From an uncultured cyanobacterium (GTDB lineage: Bacteria; Cyanobacteriota; Cyanobacteriia; Leptolyngbyales; Leptolyngbyaceae): a DNA stretch of 64,000 nt. Position numbers and translations under genes: made by a program. Numbering within the stretch: position 1 is the first letter of the stretch; each line of letters begins with the position of its first letter. Below the pieces are notes generated by a model. It did not search any database, was not told where the DNA came from, and saw only the letters and a program-made list of their open reading frames with translations. The stretch covers positions 1 to 64,000 of the forward strand of contig CAVYAN010000101.1 of the NCBI GenBank assembly GCA_963766075.1, in the 5' to 3' direction. Of the stretch, positions 10,746 through 21,079 are shown piece by piece.

Positions 10746-12020
10746 ATGAACCCTGCTCTTAGCCAAATTGGTACGGAAATGTCCCGCCTGACTGGAGTCA
10801 GGGCCATTATGAAGGATATTATCGAAACCCTGCGGGCCGGGGCGGGCCAAGATTTTATCAACCTGAGTGCGGGGAATCCGTTGATTCTACCGGAGGTGGA
10901 GCAACTGTGGCGGGACTGCACAGCAGACCTACTCGCCAGCGCCGACTATGGAGAGGTGGTCTGTCGCTATGGGGCCAGCCAGGGCTATCAACCGCTGATT
11001 GACGCGATTGTTAAAGACTTTAATCAGCGCTATGGGTTGCAGTTGAGCGATCGCCATATTTTGATTACACCGGGTAGCCAGAACCTGTATTTCCTGGCGG
11101 CCAACGTATTTGGCGGATATGCTCCCAGTGGCGACCTCAAGCGGATTGTTTTGCCTTTAAGTCCAGACTATACGGGCTATGGTGGAGTAACGCTGGTACC
11201 GGAAGCGCTGGTGGCGTATCAGCCGACCCTAGATATTGATGCCGTGGCCCATCGGTTTAAATATCGGCCTGATTTCAGTCAGTTGGAGATTAACGACACT
11301 ACGGGGTGCGTGATTTTTTCGCGGCCCTGTAATCCGACGGGCAATGTCCTGACGGACGCGGAGGTGCAAAAAATTGCGGATTTGGCAGCGATGCATGATG
11401 TGCCAGTGTTGGTGGATTCTGCCTATGCCCCCCCGTTTCCAGCGTTGAACTTTACCGATATGCAGCCGCTGTTTGCGGATAATGTGCTGCACTGCATGAG
11501 TTTGTCGAAGGCGGGATTGCCGGGAGAACGGATTGGGATTGCGATCGGCAATCCGCAGTGGATCCAGGTATTGGAAGCGTTCCAGACGAATATGTGCATT
11601 CACTCGTCTCGCTATGGGCAGGCGATCGCGGCGCGGGCGATCGCCTCCGGGGCCTTAGCCCAAATTTCTGAGACGATCATTCGTCCTTTCTATCAGCAAA
11701 AATTCCAAATTCTGGAGGCTACCCTCGATCAAGCCATGCCTCAGGATTTGCCCTGGTATTTGCACCGGGGCGAAGGGGCAATTTTCGCATGGCTTTGGTT
11801 GGATGAATTGCCAATCACGGATTGGGAGTTATATCAAGCGCTGAAAACAGTCGGTGTCATCGTGGTGCCGGGGAGTTCCTTTTTCCCTGGGCTACACCAA
11901 GAATGGTCGCACAAGCAGCAGTGTCTGCGGATTAGTTTGACAGGGAGTGATACGGATCTGGTCACTGCGATGCAGCGCCTCGCCCAGGTTGTGGCCCAGA
12001 CCTATCGCCCCGGGGCATGA
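10746..12020 (+). CDS. avtA: Valine--pyruvate transaminase
   Basis: LSAGNP, SRPCNPTGN, VDSAY and SLSKAGLPGERIG class I aminotransferase motifs typical of AvtA. Confidence 0.88.
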   Translation: MNPALSQIGTEMSRLTGVRAIMKDIIETLRAGAGQDFINLSAGNPLILPEVEQLWRDCTADLLASADYGEVVCRYGASQGYQPLIDAIVKDFNQRYGLQLSDRHILITPGSQNLYFLAANVFGGYAPSGDLKRIVLPLSPDYTGYGGVTLVPEALVAYQPTLDIDAVAHRFKYRPDFSQLEINDTTGCVIFSRPCNPTGNVLTDAEVQKIADLAAMHDVPVLVDSAYAPPFPALNFTDMQPLFADNVLHCMSLSKAGLPGERIGIAIGNPQWIQVLEAFQTNMCIHSSRYGQAIAARAIASGALAQISETIIRPFYQQKFQILEATLDQAMPQDLPWYLHRGEGAIFAWLWLDELPITDWELYQALKTVGVIVVPGSSFFPGLHQEWSHKQQCLRISLTGSDTDLVTAMQRLAQVVAQTYRPGA

Positions 12021-12122
12021 CGGCGCAGGGGCACGATGACGGATCGTGTCTTTGGATAGCAACGAGGCCCTTCCGCTCGTCTGCCCCGGTGGGTTAGTCT
12101 GCGGTTTGCTTAACCTAAAGTT

Positions 12123-12527
12123 CTATGACTGTCGCCAGGTTTCGGTCTGTAGGCCAGGGACGCGAGTAAATTCCCGTGGGTTTGCCGTCACCATGAGCAG
12201 ATTGGCTTGTAAGGCCGTTGCCGCAATTAACGCATCGTAAGCGCCAATCGGTTGCCCCTGGGTTTTAAGGATGGCTCGAATTTGGGCTGCTTGCTCAGCT
12301 TCAGCGGGTCCGAAAAACAGGATGGTGACGGAGGTGAGGAAACTGGCGATCGCGGGCTCAATTTTTTGCGCGCGTTGAGGATTGCTTAACACGCCGTAAC
12401 GTAACTCCATGACAGTAATGACTGAAACGGCAAGATCGCGGGGTGGTGTTTGCCTGAGTCGGGTTTGGGTGCCGGGTTCCCCTTTGATGAAATCGCTGAT
12501 GACGCAGGTATCGAGGAGGTATCGCAT
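12123..12527 (-). CDS. vapC: VapC-family PIN toxin
   Basis: YLLDTCVISD, ELRYG, GQPIGAYDALIAATA, VTANPREF. Confidence 0.9.
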   Translation of the reverse strand: MRYLLDTCVISDFIKGEPGTQTRLRQTPPRDLAVSVITVMELRYGVLSNPQRAQKIEPAIASFLTSVTILFFGPAEAEQAAQIRAILKTQGQPIGAYDALIAATALQANLLMVTANPREFTRVPGLQTETWRQS

Positions 12528-12769
12528 TAGAACAGCTCTAGCTCGCGTGGGGGAAGGAGTTCGTCCCGGTAGGACTCGAAGGCTGGAAAGTCAGGGATGC
12601 CTTCGTAGGTGAGGACTGTGTCGGACCACTGAGAAGCGGGTACAGGTGTAGGGGAGGTGAGCTGACGTAACGCCTGAATGATCAGGGTTTGGAGTGGCAC
12701 ATTGGATTGAGCCGCTTGACGAATCAGGTCTTGTTCGAGATCTTGAGGGAGGTCGATCGTGATTTGCAT
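12527..12769 (-). CDS. Putative antitoxin (RHH-like N-terminus)
   Basis: 80 aa, MQITIDLPQDLEQDL.., TAATG overlap with vapC. Confidence 0.75.
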   Translation of the reverse strand: MQITIDLPQDLEQDLIRQAAQSNVPLQTLIIQALRQLTSPTPVPASQWSDTVLTYEGIPDFPAFESYRDELLPPRELELF

Positions 12770-12790
12770 GAGTTTTCTCCATTCGTTTAA

Positions 12791-15700
12791 TTACCGCAAA
12801 GCTGTATTCAGGACATATGCACGAACAACATTGCCAGATGAAGAGAGCGTTGCAGCTTGGTCATCAAACTGTTTTCTCGCTTCATCCAGGGAAATTTGAG
12901 GTGTTTTATTATTCCGTGAATCTTTACCATCCCATTGTTGACAGCTAAACCAACCAATTAAATACAATCCATATTTGTTAGAGGTATCTTTCAAATAACG
13001 TCCAACAAGTTGGCTTTCCATTGCAGTTTTAACCGCAGGATTCCAACAGCCTTTCACTTCAATAATTACAGTAACCGAGTCATATATTTCACCATTAGGT
13101 TGCTTTAGAACAGCATCCACATGAATATCTGTCCGTTCTCCGGGATTCCCGCCAGAACCACGCCTCAGTTCAACTTCGCGATTAACAATGATGGCTCTTG
13201 ATTTCAAGTCTCTGTCAAGAAAGCGCTTCACGTAATCTGAAAACGCATTTTCATCGATCGGTCTAAACGGGTTATTTCGACCAGTGTTCTTGTCCCATAA
13301 ATCTCTACTAGCAGGAGTTTCTCCCTGTAGTTCTAACTCAAGACGTTGCAATGACTCAATCAACACGTTTAAAAGCTGATGACCATCTTGGACAAGCCGT
13401 TTATCTTGATCAAGGACAATCTGAAGGACCTCCTTCAGTTTAGGTGGTTTCCAAGTTTTACGTCGTGCTAAGCTTTCGGCTTCTAATAGCATCGGTTGTA
13501 GGTTTTCTCTTTGCTCTGGGAGTTCGCGGATGATTTGTCGTAGTGCATCACAAGCTTCCTGAGTGCCTCGTGCTTGAATACGCTGTGGAATATAGTTTTT
13601 CCATATTCTGACAACATTCGATATTTCTAGTATTCGGGCTTCTATACCTCTGAGTTCCCGTGTATCAGGTTCGAGCTGCTCAACTTCTGGGTACTCTCGG
13701 GCAAGAAAAATGTATAAATTAGCTAGATCTTGTTCTTTGATTTCTTTCTCAATTTGACCTTCACGGGCAGCTTGAAGCGCAATAGATTCAAATACTGTCC
13801 TCCCAAATTCACGATCTTTCTGAATGGCAGACCACAGAACTAACCAGCTAGAGTTTTCAGCGTAGGCCGCTATCAGACGAGCCGCGACAATTGCTTTGTT
13901 CCTCGCCTTCCCAGATTCAGGCACTGATGTAGCAATAAGAGACACAGAAATTTCTCTAGCTCTATCAATTTCATACTTAAAAATATCTGTCAGCAAAACC
14001 TCTAGCATATCAGCATTCAATTCTTCATCTGGAATCTTGCTGAGAATTGAGTTTGCTAGGCACTGATCCAATAACTCACTAGTTAATCTATAACAAGGTC
14101 GATATTTGTTTTGAATCATTAAAGTAATCAGAAATTCAATGAATTCATCTGGAGCACCTTGATATGCTGCCTTCATTACTTTTCGATAAAATTCATCTTT
14201 GTTTTCTCCATTTTTATATGGGAAGTTCATGGACTTTAGAATGCCGGGTATCCATTTCTTCCATATGCCGCGAGAAAGGGTTGAGATAAACTCCGGTTCT
14301 TGCTTTGCTAGGAGATATAATGCTTGACATCCTGCAAACGGAGACTTATCTGTTCTGAGCCATGGTTGAGTTTCTAGTGATCCACCATCGAGGTAGTTTT
14401 TTGCTGCTTTGACGATTCTCGCTTTCGTATCTGCTTCCGCTTCTTCCCATCCAAATAATTTTGTTATATCTAATTCAAACCCATCGTGGTGACTGTGGCA
14501 TATACTCGTTGATGTAAGCGTCATTTCCATACACACCTGCGGCCATAGTTCAGGTTGCCCTGCTTCAACTCTTTCTAGAATTGCGAGTAATTTTTGCTTT
14601 GGTGGTGGATCTAGGATAGGCGCAAGTACAGGAGGCTTAACTTGGTATCTCAAATATTTAGCTTTCTCTTGCTCCGCCTTCTCTGAACCTAGATCGATTG
14701 AGGTAATATCAAATTCAAACTCTAATCTCATCGCTGAACTAACCTTGCTCGCCTCTAGGATCGCATCAACATGTTTTGTATATTTCCAGTCCATGTTATG
14801 AAAGGTCAGTGCTTGGTGTAAAAGTTTAACCCAGATGCTAGCGATTCTATGAGGCTCCATTGATACAGCACATTCAATCATCCACAATATATCTTCAGAA
14901 CAAATGATATATATGAGCCATGGAAGTTCACTCTCTGATTCTGAAAGTAACGAAATAATTTTTTCTGTAAGTTGCCTCCGTTTTTCATCAGAGTCTTTTA
15001 GAAAAGATTCAATATCCGAATCACGAGGATCATCAAGGCTATCGCGAGTATAGGATCGTGATGGGCAATCACTCAAGATCCCATCATGTTGTTTCAACCT
15101 AAGAATTGCAATATTAGCAAATGCTTCAAGCACATCAGGTTTATCTAGGTTCTGCCAAGCCTTCAGCATGACTGAATCGGCCAATTCTCTGAAGGGATAG
15201 TGTAAATCGTGTCTGTCAGGGAATTGTTCAAGCCATTTGAGTGCTATTGGCAAGTCAGATAACTGGATATGTTTTGCAAATTCTGTTGCTATAAAATTCT
15301 GATATACGCCACCAAAGACAGGTACCACTTCCCTTTGCTGAGGTTGCGAAAAATGACTTAGCACATCTTCAACGGTGATATGTTGTGGCCAAGTAGCCTC
15401 AAGTCCGTAGCCTTTGAGATCGTCATTTGGATCTTCTCCAGCTTCACCAAGTGCAAGGGGTTTTAGCTGCACTTTTGTTTTTTCATCACCTATAGTACAA
15501 ATTGTAAGAGCTGCCTGTGTCCGAACTAGATATGGCTGTGCTGGATCAAGTGCAATATCAGAAAGGCTCTTTTGCACTGCTTTTACGTCACAATCTCTAG
15601 CAATATCAATCGCAACTAATCTTGAACACTGATTTTTGGAGGAATCACAGATATAAGATTCTAGTTGCTGTGGAAGACCTGGATGATTCAGATCAGGATA

Positions 15701-17077
15701 CCGCCAAAACTGAGGATTTTGGAGCTTCTCTTCATTGCATAACCTGAGTAATGCTTCGACTAGTTTTGCTTTGTTTTCATCGTCAACTGTTGATATGTCA
15801 CTTTGAAGCAACACGTCTGGATCGGTCTTCATGACTGCCTGAAATACATCAGGTCTCATGCTGGCTAGCCAAGCTACAGTCTCCTGCAATTGAGGGACGA
15901 TTCTGCCATCAGGGTGAATAATTACACTTAGGACTTGATTCAACTTAAGGCTGTGTTGCTTCAGATACCAAGCAGCCAAAAACTCAGAGTAGGTTTGATG
16001 TGCCCATCCCCTTCGACTCGGTCCACGCGAAGAGAATAACCCAGTATATAAAACCTCTGTGATGGCTGCTTCACTCGCTTCAAACTGCCTTGCATTTGCC
16101 CTCTCGTATCCCTGTACCAATTCTGAACGTGGGACATCTTCTTCTGGGATCTGTCCCCGATCTCGTCCTATCCAAATGGCATCACGGTGAGCAAAAACTG
16201 TCACTGCCGCGATCCGAGCTGCAACGATGAGGCGCTGCTCTAACTCTAAATTTTCCTTGTGCCCTGGACGACGAGGATCTTCTTCATCTTCATCGCACAG
16301 GATACGACAGCCTTCAAGATATATATCGCACAAGCTCTGATTTTCAGAGAATTGACCACTTCGGCGATATATGTTGAGAAGGAAACCCAGCGTAACTGGT
16401 TTTATGGCAAGAGGAACAAGATTCTTGTCCAAAATTTCTTGCATAAAGGTATCAAGTTTCTCTATCCCTCCACGCTCTGCCGCGTGTCTAACATCGACCC
16501 AGCGAAGTTGTACTAATTCGTATATTTTGACTTTATCCTTTCCCCAAATCTGCCTAAGTTGTTCTTCAAAAGTAGTTTGCCAGACAGCCGTCCGACAAAC
16601 AATACGGAGGAATAAGCGATCGATTTTATCCTGATATTTTTTAAACCCCGTTGCTAATACTGCGGTAACATTGTCCATCCGAAGTAAACATTCATCTAGA
16701 CTATCTAGAAAAATATGCAAAGGACAATCGCTCTCAAGCCAAGACTTGACCTGTGAGCTTTCAAATAGATCCTTAACCAGCCTGTCTTCACTGCCATACG
16801 AGTGAAGATCTAAGATCAAATAATCTTTACCTTCAGTTTCAAGTAGATTAGAGAAGTTTCTTTGTTCCGTTTCTATTGCTTTGCTCTTGCCAGTCCCTGG
16901 CTCTCCCAGCAAAACAAGACACGGAACATCCGAGATCGCCTCAAAACTCACCAACTCAGGGTTACAGTGCTTTCCCCTCTCTGAATCTGGATCAACCAAA
17001 TAGCCGCGATTGCTCAGATTAATCTGGGCAGTACGAGGACACCAAAATCGTTTCCATTCGTAATCTGGTTTTGACAT
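12791..17077 (-). CDS. Large NACHT/STAND-like NTPase with helical repeats and C-terminal PD-(D/E)xK nuclease-like domain
   Basis: Walker A GEPGTGKS, Walker B IFLDSLDE, AHQTYSEFLAAWYL. C-terminal VNREVE..ERTDIHV..VIIEVKGCW. Confidence 0.78.
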   Translation of the reverse strand: MSKPDYEWKRFWCPRTAQINLSNRGYLVDPDSERGKHCNPELVSFEAISDVPCLVLLGEPGTGKSKAIETEQRNFSNLLETEGKDYLILDLHSYGSEDRLVKDLFESSQVKSWLESDCPLHIFLDSLDECLLRMDNVTAVLATGFKKYQDKIDRLFLRIVCRTAVWQTTFEEQLRQIWGKDKVKIYELVQLRWVDVRHAAERGGIEKLDTFMQEILDKNLVPLAIKPVTLGFLLNIYRRSGQFSENQSLCDIYLEGCRILCDEDEEDPRRPGHKENLELEQRLIVAARIAAVTVFAHRDAIWIGRDRGQIPEEDVPRSELVQGYERANARQFEASEAAITEVLYTGLFSSRGPSRRGWAHQTYSEFLAAWYLKQHSLKLNQVLSVIIHPDGRIVPQLQETVAWLASMRPDVFQAVMKTDPDVLLQSDISTVDDENKAKLVEALLRLCNEEKLQNPQFWRYPDLNHPGLPQQLESYICDSSKNQCSRLVAIDIARDCDVKAVQKSLSDIALDPAQPYLVRTQAALTICTIGDEKTKVQLKPLALGEAGEDPNDDLKGYGLEATWPQHITVEDVLSHFSQPQQREVVPVFGGVYQNFIATEFAKHIQLSDLPIALKWLEQFPDRHDLHYPFRELADSVMLKAWQNLDKPDVLEAFANIAILRLKQHDGILSDCPSRSYTRDSLDDPRDSDIESFLKDSDEKRRQLTEKIISLLSESESELPWLIYIICSEDILWMIECAVSMEPHRIASIWVKLLHQALTFHNMDWKYTKHVDAILEASKVSSAMRLEFEFDITSIDLGSEKAEQEKAKYLRYQVKPPVLAPILDPPPKQKLLAILERVEAGQPELWPQVCMEMTLTSTSICHSHHDGFELDITKLFGWEEAEADTKARIVKAAKNYLDGGSLETQPWLRTDKSPFAGCQALYLLAKQEPEFISTLSRGIWKKWIPGILKSMNFPYKNGENKDEFYRKVMKAAYQGAPDEFIEFLITLMIQNKYRPCYRLTSELLDQCLANSILSKIPDEELNADMLEVLLTDIFKYEIDRAREISVSLIATSVPESGKARNKAIVAARLIAAYAENSSWLVLWSAIQKDREFGRTVFESIALQAAREGQIEKEIKEQDLANLYIFLAREYPEVEQLEPDTRELRGIEARILEISNVVRIWKNYIPQRIQARGTQEACDALRQIIRELPEQRENLQPMLLEAESLARRKTWKPPKLKEVLQIVLDQDKRLVQDGHQLLNVLIESLQRLELELQGETPASRDLWDKNTGRNNPFRPIDENAFSDYVKRFLDRDLKSRAIIVNREVELRRGSGGNPGERTDIHVDAVLKQPNGEIYDSVTVIIEVKGCWNPAVKTAMESQLVGRYLKDTSNKYGLYLIGWFSCQQWDGKDSRNNKTPQISLDEARKQFDDQAATLSSSGNVVRAYVLNTALR

Positions 17078-17462
17078 GCCGGGTAGGGTTGAGGGCAAGA
17101 CTCTTGTTCAAGGATAACTTCAATTTGGAAGTCGTGGTGGCAAGGGCCACAATATTCTCTACTCCTAGTCAGATGTGGTAGACTGCCACCAAACCGGGCT
17201 ACGAATCACTTCACCGCATTTCACTGAACTCGGAATCCCGAGAGAGCATCGTCCATTTTCTGCCCCACCAATCACTAGTGCAGATCACATCGGGCTTCAC
17301 TGCCCAGGCAAAGTTTTCCACGGCGGAGATCCATCTCCTGAAGATTTGTGTATCCATTAACAACAGACTGCCAAGCCCCTGCTACAACCATCAACACTGG
17401 CGCATTCCAATTATGCCAGCAACCCATTATGCTGACATCGTTATCTGCCCCTAGACCCCACC

Positions 17463-19115
17463 ATGAACGCTAGCGATCGCGCCCTCGCCCGTCTCACAGC
17501 CCAGAAAGCGGCCTGGACCCACGTTGATATCCCCAAAAGATTGGACTACCTCCAACGGTGCCTACACACAGTGAGCCGTGTGGCCGATGCCTGGGCCACC
17601 GCCGCCTGTGTAGCCAAGGGCATCGACCCCACCTCTGCCTTTGCCGGGGAAGAATGGCTAGCGGGTCCGGTGGCCACATTGCTGAATCTGCGGTTTCTGA
17701 TTAAATCCTTAGAGGCTGGTGGTCAGCCATCGCCCGTGAAACTCCACACCCGTGCCGATGACCAAATCATTGCCAAAGTGTTTCCAGATACGATGATGGA
17801 TCAATTGATTTGGTTGGGCTTCCAGGGTGAAATCTGGTTAGAACCGGGTCAGCCTGCCACCCAAGGTCGAATTTATCAGTCTACAGATCAGGCTCTGGCA
17901 ACGACTGGGCAGGTGGCGCTTGTCCTGGGAGCGGGCAATATTTCAGCGATCGCCCCCATGGACACCCTCTACAAACTATTTGCCGAAAATCAGGTTGTCC
18001 TGCTGAAAATGAATCCCGTCAGCGCCTACATCGGCCCCTTTTTAGAGCAAGCCTTGCAGCCTTTAATTGCCGATGGGTTTTGCCAAATTGTTTACGGTGG
18101 AGCGGATGTGGGTCAATACCTGTGTCATCATCCGGAAGTCAACACAATTCACATTACCGGATCCCACCACACTCACGATGCTATTCTCTGGGGAGACACG
18201 CCGGAAACACAGCAGCATAACAAACTCCAGCATCGTCCTAAACTAGATAAACCCATTACATCAGAACTCGGTTGTGTCACGCCGATTGTCATCGTCCCCG
18301 GCAACTGGTCACGATCTGATATGGTATTTCAAGCCCGCCATGTTGCGAGCATGGTAGCTCACAATGCTAGCTTTAATTGTGCCTCGGCCAAGGTCATCGT
18401 GACGGCTCAGGGCTGGAAACAACGCGAAGAGTTTCTAGAACACGTGCATCAACAACTGGCTAAGACTGCGCCCCGGCAACCCTACTACCCCGGAGCCGAG
18501 CAACGGTATGCCGCGTTTCTAAACCAGTATCCCCAGGCCCAAGTAGTAGGCACTGGTAAGCAGGTTCCGTGGACGGTAATTCCGGATGTCCCCGCAAAAA
18601 CAGGGGAATATGCTCTGACTACTGAGGCATTCTGTGGCATCTTGGCCGAGGTCAGTTTAACCGCCACCACGGCACAGGAATTTTTGACGGCAGCGGTCCC
18701 GTTTGTGAATGACCAGGTGTGGGGAAATTTATCCTGTGTTCTGCTGATTGATCCGGCGACGCGGCGGCAAAATGCTGTAGCCGTAGATGCGGCGATCGCC
18801 CAACTCCGCTACGGCTCTATTGGCATCAACGTCTGGACGGGGATGGGATTTCTGCTGGCCTCTGCCACCTGGGGGGCTTTCCCGGGCAATTCTTTAGAGG
18901 ACATCCGGTCTGGGCGCGGGGTGGTGCACAACACCTACCTGTTTGATCATCCCCAAAAATCCGTCATCTCAGCTCCGTTTCGGATTAGGCCCACGCCCAC
19001 TTGGTTCGCCGATCACAAAAACCTGTTGCAGGTCGCTCAGCGCTACGCCGCGCTCCAGGTCAAGCCGTCCTGGCGACAGTTCTTCAGCGTTGTGGTTGCG
19101 GCTCTGCAAGGCTAG
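17463..19115 (+). CDS. Aldehyde dehydrogenase family protein
   Basis: LGAGN, LKMNP, HITGS, SELGCVTP, NASFNC (catalytic Cys), TEAFC. Confidence 0.85.
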   Translation: MNASDRALARLTAQKAAWTHVDIPKRLDYLQRCLHTVSRVADAWATAACVAKGIDPTSAFAGEEWLAGPVATLLNLRFLIKSLEAGGQPSPVKLHTRADDQIIAKVFPDTMMDQLIWLGFQGEIWLEPGQPATQGRIYQSTDQALATTGQVALVLGAGNISAIAPMDTLYKLFAENQVVLLKMNPVSAYIGPFLEQALQPLIADGFCQIVYGGADVGQYLCHHPEVNTIHITGSHHTHDAILWGDTPETQQHNKLQHRPKLDKPITSELGCVTPIVIVPGNWSRSDMVFQARHVASMVAHNASFNCASAKVIVTAQGWKQREEFLEHVHQQLAKTAPRQPYYPGAEQRYAAFLNQYPQAQVVGTGKQVPWTVIPDVPAKTGEYALTTEAFCGILAEVSLTATTAQEFLTAAVPFVNDQVWGNLSCVLLIDPATRRQNAVAVDAAIAQLRYGSIGINVWTGMGFLLASATWGAFPGNSLEDIRSGRGVVHNTYLFDHPQKSVISAPFRIRPTPTWFADHKNLLQVAQRYAALQVKPSWRQFFSVVVAALQG

Positions 19116-19277
19116 TTCATCACAAGCCAATGCCAAATTTACACCTCTAAGCTTACGCTCCCAATTTACACCCGGCATCCTGTCTACAATCTTAAGGGCG
19201 CTGGCTCCAGCGCATTGGCTCCAGCGCATTGGCTTCAGAGCATTGGCCTGATCTAAAAATCACCCCCCGCAAACCCT

Positions 19278-20572
19278 ATGAATTGGCGATCGCATCTACG
19301 ACACACGTGGCACTCCTTGAGAGGCAAACGCAAAATAGCTGGCTTCCTAGCCTTTTTGCTGGCTGGTTTTGTTCCCCCTTTTCTGAGTCTTCTGGGCCTG
19401 TTCCTCTCACTGTGGATTGTGGTGCCTGCTCCAACCATGACGCTGTTGCCCCTGGGTGTAGGTGCTCCAGAAGTGAGTCCATGGTTGCTGAGCCTCAACG
19501 CCGCCGCTCTGCTGCTCAATCTCCGGAGCCTTGCGCCGGGGGCGTTGGATAGTGTTATCAGGGTGGGGTCTATAAAGTGGCAATCGGCCTTAGTCTGTGT
19601 GCCCTGCTGCTTAGCGGCCTGCCCCTGGCCCAGTTCGCCGCTGCGCACCGTCAAGCCGACCAAACGCTGCGCACTAGCCTCGGAGCCGACTATCTCGCCA
19701 ACAGTTCTCCAGTCCTGAGAGCCAAACTGCGTCCTGCGCCCTTTGTCCTCTGGGATACGTTTCGTGGCATTCCCCTGGACCCCATTCGCCAAACCAGGGG
19801 AATTCCCTTTGCCCAGCCAGATGGGGTACCGCTCACACTCAATCTGTATCAGCCCTTGGCACCGGGCACCTATCCTGCCCTGATTGTGATTTACGGTGGC
19901 GGTTGGCAAAATGGCACCCCCGCCAATGATGAGTTTTTTAGCCGCTATATCGCGGCTCAGGGCTATGTTGTCATCGCCATTGATTACCGCCATGCGCCCC
20001 GCTATCAATTTCCGGCTCAGTTAGAGGATGTGAACTCGGCCATGCAGTTCATCCAAACTCATGCCACTGATTACGAAATTGATCCGGAACGGTTGGTGAT
20101 TATGGGGCGATCGGCGGGTGCCCACCTGGCGATGCTGGTCGCTTACCAACCCAATGCCCCCAAATTTCGGGCCGTGATCAACTACTACGGCCCCATTGAT
20201 CTGACCAAGGGCTACTACGACATTCCGCGCCCTGATCCGATTCATTCCCAGGCTTTGCTGCAAGCGTTTCTGGGCGGTACACCCCAGGATTTTCCCGATC
20301 GCTACCGCCAAGCCTCTCCCTATACTTACGCGACGCAGCCCCAGCCGCCTACCCTGCTGGTCTATGCCAAACGCGACCATTTGGTTCAAGCTAAGTTTGG
20401 CCGCGCCATGGGCGATCGCCTTACCCAATCTGGCAACGTGGCCCCCTATCTAGAAATCCCCTGGGCCGAGCATGCCTTCGATGCCCTGTTCAGCGGTGTG
20501 AGTAACCAGCTCGCCCTCTACCATACCGAACGCTTCCTGGCCTGGGCCACCCAACCGCCCCCATCGCCCTAG
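19278..20572 (+). CDS. Membrane-anchored alpha/beta hydrolase (esterase/lipase); frameshift near 19560-19577
   Basis: Hydrophobic N-terminal ORF plus catalytic ORF with YGGGW, IDYRHAP, GRSAG and AEHAFD. Confidence 0.8.
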
Positions 20573-20699
20573 GCCAGCAGAGCGCCGGAGCAATTGGGGG
20601 CATGGCAATTCTGAGACGGGAAATGGGAATGCTGACCCTAAGACTGGCGATCGCCATCAGCTGGTTCACCCGCATTTACACAGAAAGGATCCCGTAGAA

Positions 20700-20981
20700 A
20701 TGTCTATTGAGAGTGCTACTCGATTTTTGGATGCCGTCACTGACGATGAAGTCCTGCGTCACCAGTTCGACTATGCCCAAACGCCCGAGGACTTTTTGAG
20801 CCTTGCCCAAGAAATGGGCTTCAGCTTTACCACGCGAGAGTTGGCCCAAGTGGTGCTGGACAGCAGCACTGGCGTAGAAATCCGCCGCACCACGGGTGTC
20901 TGGAAATGGCTGCGACAAATGAAATGGGTCACCCGAGAGCACTTTGCCGGGATGGAACCGCCGGTTCAGGCAGAGAATTAG
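20700..20981 (+). CDS. Nif11-like leader domain protein
   Basis: MSIESATRFLDAV..DEVLR..TPEDFLSLAQEMGFSFTTREL is the Nif11 pattern. Confidence 0.78.
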   Translation: MSIESATRFLDAVTDDEVLRHQFDYAQTPEDFLSLAQEMGFSFTTRELAQVVLDSSTGVEIRRTTGVWKWLRQMKWVTREHFAGMEPPVQAEN

Positions 20982-21079
20982 GAGCAAAACTTGGTCAACT
21001 CAAATCCCGGCGCGATGGCTACAATTTAAGCGACCTCTGGCAACGGTCGGAATCTGCTTAAATTGGAAGGAAAAAGCCC

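Noticed and set aside
17100..17460. Short ORFs between the NACHT and aldehyde dehydrogenase genes
   Set aside because: No recognisable motif; possibly a remnant, but unsupported.
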